Positions 9,969 through 16,555 of a stretch of 16,555 bases of DNA are shown here, piece after piece. Position 1 is the first letter of the stretch; each line of letters opens with the position of its first letter. This stretch comes from an uncultured Haloferula sp. (lineage in GTDB: Bacteria > Verrucomicrobiota > Verrucomicrobiia > Verrucomicrobiales > Akkermansiaceae). The position numbers and the translations under genes are program-made. The stretch lies in the NCBI GenBank assembly GCA_965652295.1, contig CBFGTS010000026.1, forward strand, positions 1 through 16,555. Reading direction: 5' to 3'. The notes under the pieces are model-generated. The model was not told where the DNA came from and searched no databases. It was given only the letters and a program-made list of their open reading frames with translations.

Positions 9969-11225
9969 TTACTTGAAGGTGCCCTTCAGGAAGGGCTCGG
10001 CTTCGACCTGATCAAAGGTGTTGATGATCTGGAACTGGCCGTCTTCAAGGGTCTCGCCGATGTAGACGTTCTTGATGAAGTGGTGGTTCTTCATCGAGGT
10101 GACCTTGCCGTTGGGGCCGTCGAAGGAGAGGCCGCCCTCGAGGGCTTCGCGGACTTTATCGACATCGAAGCTGCCGGCTTTTTCCACAGCGGCCTTCCAG
10201 AGGTAGACGCCGTCATAGGAGAGGACCATGGGAGAGCAGGTCACGCGGTTCTCTTTGACGATGCCGGGAACATCGGTTTTTTCGAGCCAGCTCATGAAGT
10301 CTCCGATGAACTTCTTGTTGGCGGGCGAGTCGATGGACATGAAGTAGTTCCAGCAGCCGAGGTGGCCGACGAGGTCCTTGGCGGGGAGGCTGCGGAACTC
10401 GTCCTCGGAGATGGAGAAGGAGACGACGGGGCAGTCCTCGGAGGTGAGGCCGGCGGCGGCGAATTCCTTGAAGAACGGCACGTTGGAGTCGCCGTTGATG
10501 GTGTTGATCACGCAGGCGTCGCCGGAGGCTGAGAAGGTCTTGATCTCGGAAACGATCTGCTGGAAGTCGGTATGGCTGAAGGGGACGTATTTCCCTGCGG
10601 AAATCACGGCACCATCAGCGTCCTTGCGCAGGCCGCCCCCGATGTTTTCAACCTCAATGCCCTTCGACTGGAGGTATTCAAAGAGGATGAGGTTGGTGGT
10701 CTGCGGGTAGACGTAGTCGGTGCCGACGAGGTAGAACTTCTTGATGCCTTCCTCGAGCATGTAATCGACGGCGGGAATGGCCTGCTGGTTCACGGCCTCG
10801 GCGGTGTAGAAGATGTTGGGGGACATCTCCTCGCCCTCGTACTGGACGGGGTAGAACAGGAGGCCGTTGTATTTTTCGTAGACGGGCAGGACGGATTTGC
10901 GGCTGACCGAGGTCCAGCAGCCGAAGGTCACGGCGACCTTGTCCTGAACAAGGAGCTGTTCGGCTTTTTCCGCGAAGAGCGGCCAGTCCGAGGCGCCGTC
11001 GACAACGACCGGCTCGATCTTCTTGCCCATCACGCCCCCGGCGGCGTTGATCTCATCGAAGGTGAAGAGAAGGATGTCGCGCAGCGAGGTTTCGGAGATG
11101 GCCATGGTGCCGCTGAGCGAGTGAAGCACGCCGACCTTGACGGTTTCCTCCTCAGCAGTGGCGGAGGTGAAGAGGGCGAGGGAGGTGGCGGCGAGAGAGG
11201 TGGCGATGAACTGTTTGCGATTCAT
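9969..11225 (-). CDS. urtA: Urea ABC transporter substrate-binding protein UrtA
   Basis: [78 protein letters not shown]-terminal signal peptide. Confidence 0.97.
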   Translation of the reverse strand: MNRKQFIATSLAATSLALFTSATAEEETVKVGVLHSLSGTMAISETSLRDILLFTFDEINAAGGVMGKKIEPVVVDGASDWPLFAEKAEQLLVQDKVAVTFGCWTSVSRKSVLPVYEKYNGLLFYPVQYEGEEMSPNIFYTAEAVNQQAIPAVDYMLEEGIKKFYLVGTDYVYPQTTNLILFEYLQSKGIEVENIGGGLRKDADGAVISAGKYVPFSHTDFQQIVSEIKTFSASGDACVINTINGDSNVPFFKEFAAAGLTSEDCPVVSFSISEDEFRSLPAKDLVGHLGCWNYFMSIDSPANKKFIGDFMSWLEKTDVPGIVKENRVTCSPMVLSYDGVYLWKAAVEKAGSFDVDKVREALEGGLSFDGPNGKVTSMKNHHFIKNVYIGETLEDGQFQIINTFDQVEAEPFLKGTFK

Positions 11226-11259
11226 GGTAGAGAGAACTGGGGAAAGAAAGTTGAGGATG

Positions 11260-11294
11260 CCGCCCCGGCTGCATGGACATCGCAGCCGGGGCGG
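11260..11294. other. GC-rich stem-loop between the porin gene and urtA
   Basis: Perfect 13-bp inverted repeat CCGCCCCGGCTGC / GCAGCCGGGGCGG with a 9-nt loop and no adjacent poly-U. Confidence 0.7.
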
Positions 11295-11318
11295 GAATGG
11301 GAGGGCTCGGAGGGTGGC

Positions 11319-12149
11319 TTAGAACGCCACGCCGATGCCGATCGTGCCGGTCAGGAAGGCGTTGTCGTCGTCACCCGTGACGTCTTCATCGGTCACGTAG
11401 TAGGTGAGGCCGCCGTGGAGGTCCCACTCACCGAACTTGTCGTCGATCGGAAGCGGAATGCTGGCGGAGAGGCCGGTGGAGGCGAAGCCGAAGCCGTCAT
11501 CCGTCACGCCGAGGCCGTGGAAGCCGTCGTCGAGGAAGTAGCCGACATTGACCGGGATGCTGAAGGACACGGGGCCGAGTTCGAAGCCGTGGCTGACGCC
11601 GAGGACGAGCACGGTGCCGGTGTCGCCACCGGAGGCACCTTCTTCGAAACGGTTGTGAATGGTCAGCGTGGGGCTGAGGAAGGTGTCGAGAGACACGCCG
11701 AGGTCGAAGACGTGCTCGGTATCGGAGCCGTAGATCCAGGCCTGATAGGTGCCGCTGACGGAAACCAGACCGGCATCGTAGGTGAGGCCGAAGAAGAGGT
11801 CGACTTCCTGGAGATCGCCGCCGATCGCCGAAGTCACGTTGTCGTTCACATCCCACCAGGTGCCGGCGGTGAAGGAGAGGGCGTCGGTGAGCTGCCAGGT
11901 GAGGCTGAGGGCGGGGTTGAAGGTGGCGTCGTGACCGAAATCGGTGCCCGCGTTCCACACATCGTTACCGTAGGAAACGAAGTGGGTGTTGTAGTCGAGG
12001 GTCAACGATCCTGAGAGGACGGACTCGGAGGGTTCGCTGATGGGGGCCGGGGCTGGAGCCATCGGTTCGCCGGCCAGGGCGAAGGTGCAACAGCCGCCGC
12101 CGAGGGCGGTGGTGAGGAGGAGTTGTCGGAGCGCGGGTTGGCGTTTCAT
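11319..12149 (-). CDS. Outer-membrane beta-barrel protein, putative porin (TorF/Gcw_chp-like)
   Basis: Signal peptide MKRQPALRQLLLTTALGGGCCTFALA, alternating amphipathic aromatic/Gly strands (LSGSLTLDYNTHFVSYG, EVDLFFGLTY, WDLHGGLTYY) and C-terminal Phe (GIGVAF). Family assignment is by resemblance only. Confidence 0.8.
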   Translation of the reverse strand: MKRQPALRQLLLTTALGGGCCTFALAGEPMAPAPAPISEPSESVLSGSLTLDYNTHFVSYGNDVWNAGTDFGHDATFNPALSLTWQLTDALSFTAGTWWDVNDNVTSAIGGDLQEVDLFFGLTYDAGLVSVSGTYQAWIYGSDTEHVFDLGVSLDTFLSPTLTIHNRFEEGASGGDTGTVLVLGVSHGFELGPVSFSIPVNVGYFLDDGFHGLGVTDDGFGFASTGLSASIPLPIDDKFGEWDLHGGLTYYVTDEDVTGDDDNAFLTGTIGIGVAF

Positions 12150-12229
12150 GTTGGTGCGTTCTGCTGGTTGGTTGCTTCCCGGTTCCCGCCCCGGCAACGA
12201 CCGGAGGGGATGATCGGGCAGCGGGGGGA

Positions 12230-12246
12230 GGCACGAAGCGGGCCAA
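12230..12246 (-). promoter_or_regulatory. Putative sigma54 (RpoN) -24/-12 promoter for the porin-urt-ure operon
   Basis: Minus strand TTGGCCCGCTTCGTGCC has exact GG-N10-GC spacing and resembles consensus TGGCACGNNNNTTGC; about 80 nt upstream of ATG 12149. Confidence 0.55.
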
Positions 12247-12420
12247 GGGTCTCCGCGAGCTTGGGTTTCAAATGAAATCGAGCGGCGATTCTAACAGGGT
12301 TCCCATGAGTGCGGCTCATGGATGCGCGCGGGTGGAGGCGCGACCTGCGCGGCGCGATCGGGCAGGGAATCGAGCGTGCCGGAGGGACGGATGCCTGCGG
12401 GCCTGGTGAGGCTCCCCCTG

Positions 12421-12441
12421 CACTTGGCACTTGGAACTTGG
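12421..12441. repeat. Heptamer tandem repeat (mACTTGG) x3
   Basis: CACTTGG CACTTGG AACTTGG upstream of the RelE-like gene. Confidence 0.65.
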
Positions 12442-12465
12442 CGGTTCGAATCTAGCTTCCTGAGC

Positions 12466-12828
12466 GTGTTCCAGATCGTCTTCAACGAAATCAGTGCGGC
12501 GGAGATTTCGCAGCTCGATACGCTCGAGCAGCTTGAGCTGCTCGACGAGTTCAAGGTTTCCCAGGACGACCTGGAGAATCTGGACGGCGAGCGTTTCGGG
12601 AAAATCGAGCGGGACGGCAAGGTGCTCTACCGCTTCCGGACGAAGGACTGGCGGATTTACTTCGAGGTGAGGGAGGGGGCTGTCATCGTCCACCGGGTGC
12701 TCCACAAGGGTACGTTCACGGATTTCGTGTTCCGCTCGAAGATCCCACTGGCGGAGGACGAGGAGCTGGCGAAATCGAAGCATTTCTGGAAGCTCATCGA
12801 CGAAGGCCGGGCGGCGCGGCGGATATGA
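12466..12828 (+). CDS. RelE/ParE-fold-like protein with no adjacent antitoxin
   Basis: From GTG 12466: MFQIVFNEISAAEISQL...VLYRFRTKDWRIYFEVREGAVIVHRVLHK matches the RelE pattern (N-terminal strand-helix, YRxRxxDxRxxF, terminal strand). The longer start at 12322 adds low-complexity, repeat-derived sequence. Confidence 0.65.
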   Translation: MFQIVFNEISAAEISQLDTLEQLELLDEFKVSQDDLENLDGERFGKIERDGKVLYRFRTKDWRIYFEVREGAVIVHRVLHKGTFTDFVFRSKIPLAEDEELAKSKHFWKLIDEGRAARRI

Positions 12829-12883
12829 TGCGCCGGTTTTTCCTTTCCGCGGGGTGTGGATGACTTGCTAGAGTGCCTGCGAA

Positions 12884-13576
12884 ATGAAGCTCGGCATCTA
12901 TCTCGTTCTCGGCCTCGCGATCGCCATTGGGTGGTTCATGTTCATGAATGGCGGCTCCGGCGAAATCGAGGAGCTCCAGAACACGATCGACCGCTACTAC
13001 GAGAGTGGCAGTGTCGAGGAGCTGGAGCAGATCCCGACGCTGAAGGACCAGATCGAGAACATCAAAGGGGGGAAGACGCTCAACGGCATTTTGCTGGCGT
13101 TTCTGACCGCGGGGCTCGTCGGCGTGGTGGTGGTGGTGGATGTGCTGCCGATCCTGGCGCACAAATTCACCCACGCGGTGTATGACAGCGGTGAGGAGGT
13201 CGAGGAGGACCCGATGCACGATGCGCACGCGAAGCTGGCGCAGGGTGACTTCGACGGGGCGGTGGCGGCCTTCCGGGATGCGGCGGCGGCGGATCCGATG
13301 AACCGGCTGCCGTATGTGGAAATCGCCAAGGTGCAGCGCGATCAGCTTCACCAGCCGCAGGCGGCGGTGCAGACGCTGCGGGAGGCGATCGAGGGACAGG
13401 AGTGGCAGGAGAACGATGCTGCTTTCCTGATGTTCCGTTTGGCGGAGATTTACGACGAAGACCTGCGGGACCGCGCTGCGGCGGTGGCGACGATGCAGCA
13501 GGTGATGGAGCAGTTCCCCGATACGCGCCACTCGGCGAATGCCCGCCACAAGCTCCACGAGTGGGGTTTGGTCTGA
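12884..13576 (+). CDS. Membrane protein with two TM helices and a C-terminal TPR domain
   Basis: Hydrophobic MKLGIYLVLGLAIAIGWFMF and GILLAFLTAGLVGVVVVVDVLPIL. TPR-like helices GDFDGAVAAFRDAAAADPMN, LMFRLAEIY and MQQVMEQFPDTRHSANARHKL. Confidence 0.85.
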   Translation: MKLGIYLVLGLAIAIGWFMFMNGGSGEIEELQNTIDRYYESGSVEELEQIPTLKDQIENIKGGKTLNGILLAFLTAGLVGVVVVVDVLPILAHKFTHAVYDSGEEVEEDPMHDAHAKLAQGDFDGAVAAFRDAAAADPMNRLPYVEIAKVQRDQLHQPQAAVQTLREAIEGQEWQENDAAFLMFRLAEIYDEDLRDRAAAVATMQQVMEQFPDTRHSANARHKLHEWGLV

Positions 13577-13585
13577 GACCCGGCC

Positions 13586-15811
13586 ATGAAGAGCCGGCTC
13601 CGCCCGCAGGTGGAGCGACGCCCGCTCCTTTGGGTCTCCGGCATCGCCCTGGCGGCGGTGCTGGTGACGGATGGCGAGCGGGCCGTGGGAGCGGCGGCGG
13701 GGATCTTACTGGTGGCTCTGGTGGTCTTTTCCGAGGTGTGGCGCGTCCTGTGGGTGGGCTTGGCGGCGGCAGCTCTCGCGGCGTGGCTGCATGGGAATTC
13801 CTTGGAGAACCGGGCGGAGGCCGCCTCGTGGGCGGGAAAGACCGGGATCGAGAGCTTCCGGGTGATTGAGGAGCCGACCCGACGCGGACAGAAAGCATGG
13901 TCGGCAGCAGGCAGGTGCCGGAGCACCGGCTGGAAGGTGTGGCTGGAAGGCAGGGGGAAGCTTCCCAAGCAAGGTTCCGTCATCGGTGGAAGCGGAGTGT
14001 TTTTAAAGCCGGAGCCGCCGCGAAATCCGGGGGAATTTGATCGGACATCCTGGTTGGCCCGCCGTGACATGGCGGTGGTTTTCCGCTTCTCGGCGATTCC
14101 TCAGGTCATTTCGGCACCGCCGGGTTGGGGGGAATGGGGGAATTCGATCAAACGGGGATTCCGCGAGTCGGTCACGCGGGGGCTCGATCCGCTATCGGAG
14201 GAGGCGATGGTAATCCGGGCCGTGGTTTTGGGCGAGCATCCGGAAAACGACATGCTGGTGGAGCCGTTTCGGCTGACGGGGACGCTGCATGTCTTTGCGG
14301 TGAGCGGGCTGCATGTGGGGATGGTGGGGCTGATCGGCTGGAGCTTGCTGCGTTGCTGCGGAGTGACGCATCGGCAGGCGCTGCTGCCATTGATGCTTCT
14401 GATGTTCGGCTACGCGTGGTTGACGGGGCTGAAACCTCCAGCGGTGCGGGCGGCGTGGATGGCGGCGTTGGTGCTGCTGGCCTTTGCGTTGCGGCGGAGG
14501 CCGGATGCGGGGAATGCGCTGGGTCTGGCCGCGTTGCTGGTGCTCTTCACGCAGGCGGATCTGGTCTACACCGTGGGGGTGCAGCTGTCGTTCGGGGTGG
14601 TGCTGGCGATTCTGGTGCTGCACCGGTGGATGGTGGGCCGGTTCAAGTGGTTGACGTGGCAGGAGCCTTTCCTGCCACGGGTGTTGTACGGTCCGGCGCG
14701 GGAGGCATCGCTGAGGTCGCGGAGGTGGCTGGCGCAGGGTCTCGGCGTTTCGACCGCGGCATGGGTGGGATCGGCTCCGCTGACCGCGCTCTGCTTCGGG
14801 ATCGTCACCCCGATCTCGATCGTCGCGAGCCTGGTGCTGTCCCTGGTGATCTTTCCGCTGTTGGGGCTGGCGCTTTTTTCCGCGGCCCTCGGAGGCATCC
14901 CTGGGTGCAGCGAATCTCTCAATGCGGTGAACGTGAAGCTTGCGGAATGTGCTCTGGGAATCGCCCGCGCCGGGTCACGGGTGCCGGGAGCCCATTTCGC
15001 GGTGGCGAGAGGGAGGCCTGCGGACGAGTTTCTGTGCGTGTTCGACGTCGGGGACGAGGGCGCCGCATGCTGGGCGGGCGGTGAAAGGGCGGTGATGATC
15101 GATGGTGCTTCGGGCTACCGTTTCGAGCATCAGGTGCTGCCGGCGCTACGGCGGATGGGCATCCGGCCGGATTCGCTGGTGGCGACCCATCCGGATGGCG
15201 GCCATGTGGGCGGCCTTGTAGCTGCGGTGGATGCCTTTCCCGTGCGGCGGTGCCTGCTGCCTGTGGAGCGGGCTTTGGGCTCCAGCTATCGCTCCTGGCT
15301 CGAGGTCGCGGCAGGGCGCGGAGCGAGGCGGGTGATGGGGCGTTGTGGTCCCCGGTATGAGGTGGGTGAGAATGCCTGGCTGGAGGTGGTGGGGGAGCCG
15401 GACGGCCTGGATTGGCATCGGATGGCGGACGAGCGGGTGATGCCGGTGAAACTTTGCTGGCGGGGCTGGCGCGTTTTGTTTGTAGCGGACCAGGGCTGGA
15501 CGGCGGAAAGGAAGCTGCTGAGGGAGGGGGCTGATCTTACCGCGGATGTGATCGTGGCGGGCCGGCATGCGTACGACAATTCGCTCGGGGAGGCCTTTTT
15601 GGAGGCGACCGGGGCGCGAGCGGTGATCGTCACCCACGCGGATTTCCCCTCTTCCGAACGAGTGCCGGTGGAGTGGCGGCGAGCCTGTGAGGAGAGGGGG
15701 GTGTCCGTGTTTCACCAAGGAGAGACCGGCGCGGTCGTGGTGACGGCCACGGACCGGGAAATGACCCTCACAAGCTGGCTTGGCGGGCGGGAAACCGTTC
15801 TGACGCGATGA
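13586..15811 (+). CDS. comEC: ComEC/Rec2 DNA-uptake membrane protein
   Basis: PRNPGEFD in the OB/DUF4131 region, competence domain FRLTGTLHVFAVSGLHVG, PPAVRAAWM and GVQLSF, and a C-terminal metallo-beta-lactamase-like domain (FDVG, IDG, THPDGGHVGG). Confidence 0.93.
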   Translation: MKSRLRPQVERRPLLWVSGIALAAVLVTDGERAVGAAAGILLVALVVFSEVWRVLWVGLAAAALAAWLHGNSLENRAEAASWAGKTGIESFRVIEEPTRRGQKAWSAAGRCRSTGWKVWLEGRGKLPKQGSVIGGSGVFLKPEPPRNPGEFDRTSWLARRDMAVVFRFSAIPQVISAPPGWGEWGNSIKRGFRESVTRGLDPLSEEAMVIRAVVLGEHPENDMLVEPFRLTGTLHVFAVSGLHVGMVGLIGWSLLRCCGVTHRQALLPLMLLMFGYAWLTGLKPPAVRAAWMAALVLLAFALRRRPDAGNALGLAALLVLFTQADLVYTVGVQLSFGVVLAILVLHRWMVGRFKWLTWQEPFLPRVLYGPAREASLRSRRWLAQGLGVSTAAWVGSAPLTALCFGIVTPISIVASLVLSLVIFPLLGLALFSAALGGIPGCSESLNAVNVKLAECALGIARAGSRVPGAHFAVARGRPADEFLCVFDVGDEGAACWAGGERAVMIDGASGYRFEHQVLPALRRMGIRPDSLVATHPDGGHVGGLVAAVDAFPVRRCLLPVERALGSSYRSWLEVAAGRGARRVMGRCGPRYEVGENAWLEVVGEPDGLDWHRMADERVMPVKLCWRGWRVLFVADQGWTAERKLLREGADLTADVIVAGRHAYDNSLGEAFLEATGARAVIVTHADFPSSERVPVEWRRACEERGVSVFHQGETGAVVVTATDREMTLTSWLGGRETVLTR

Positions 15812-16423
15812 TCACCCGGGCTTGCCCAGGCGCATCCGGTGCATCGATTTGCCCTCCGCCTCCCACTGCTGTTGGAAATCGGTCTTGGGATAAAAGAAGT
15901 CCCCTTCCTGCCACGGCAGTCGCTCAAGGCCAGCGTAAGTCCGCATGATGTCCTCCGCCCACTCGAAGTATTCCGGGTGGTCGGTCATGAAAAGGAATTC
16001 ACCGCCGGGGGCGAGCACCTTGCGGACGGCGTCGAGGAAATCCGGCTGGAAGAGCCGTCGGCGGTGGTGGCGCGCCTTCGGCCACGGGTCGGGGCAGAGG
16101 AGGTGGAGGCGTGAAACCGAGGCCTCAGGGAGCAGCCACTCAATGGTGTAGCGGCTTTCAAGCCTGAGCAGGCGGACGTTTTCGAGCTGTGCTTTTTCCA
16201 CACGCTTGCAGACCTTCCGCACCCGGCCGAGCAGGCGCTCGACGCCGAGGAAATTCCGCTCCGGATGGTGGGTGGCCATGGCGAGGAGAAACGAGCCGTC
16301 GCCGCAGCCGAGATCGACTTCCAGAGGTGCGTCGCGGGCGAAAACCTCCGCTGGCGTGGCCCGGCGGAAATAGTCCTCCGGCATGAACTCGTGGGTTTCG
16401 GGGCATCGCGGCGCAGGATCCAT
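15812..16423 (-). CDS. trmB: tRNA (guanine-N7)-methyltransferase TrmB
   Basis: LEVDLGCGDGSFL (SAM motif), HPERNFLGVE, CPDPWPKARHHRRRL, FMTD, KTDFQ. Confidence 0.95.
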   Translation of the reverse strand: MDPAPRCPETHEFMPEDYFRRATPAEVFARDAPLEVDLGCGDGSFLLAMATHHPERNFLGVERLLGRVRKVCKRVEKAQLENVRLLRLESRYTIEWLLPEASVSRLHLLCPDPWPKARHHRRRLFQPDFLDAVRKVLAPGGEFLFMTDHPEYFEWAEDIMRTYAGLERLPWQEGDFFYPKTDFQQQWEAEGKSMHRMRLGKPG

Positions 16424-16555
16424 GGGCGGGCCCTAGCCAGCGTGGATGGGCGCGGCTGACAAGCCGAAATCCAGGCGGAGCTACGCGATCGCGTAGGAGC
16501 TGGGATTGTGTGAAATGGTAGGCTGCCAACGGATCTCCGATCCAACTTCCCCCAC

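Noticed and set aside
12322..12465. N-terminal extension of the RelE-like ORF, or a hidden antitoxin
   Set aside because: Low-complexity translation that runs through the ACTTGG repeat. No antitoxin-like ORF was found, and GTG 12466 matches a RelE N-terminus.
16424..16555. Possible RNA gene or CDS at the right edge
   Set aside because: No tRNA or ncRNA structure and no credible ORF recognised; probably an intergenic promoter region.

Overview
High-GC bacterial window. A Verrucomicrobiota origin is likely, inferred from protein style, SD-less starts and heptamer intergenic repeats. About 12 kb of the minus strand is one apparent urea-utilisation operon: outer-membrane beta-barrel, urtABCDE (urea ABC transporter), ureABC (urease), ureEFGD (maturation), then a small His-rich membrane peptide that the ORF track missed and that runs off the window edge. 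A sigma54-like -24/-12 element lies upstream of the operon. Divergently on the plus strand are an orphan RelE/ParE-like protein, a membrane-anchored TPR protein and ComEC/Rec2; ComEC abuts a convergent trmB. Most noteworthy: (1) the His-rich UreJ/HupE-like mini-protein after ureD; (2) UreG with NKLN instead of the NKxD guanine-specificity motif; (3) a candidate urea porin heading the operon; (4) near-identical 5x GATTnnn heptamer arrays filling two spacers of the urease operon; (5) a degenerate metallo-beta-lactamase site in ComEC. Most other ORFs in the track are antisense or alternate-frame shadows.
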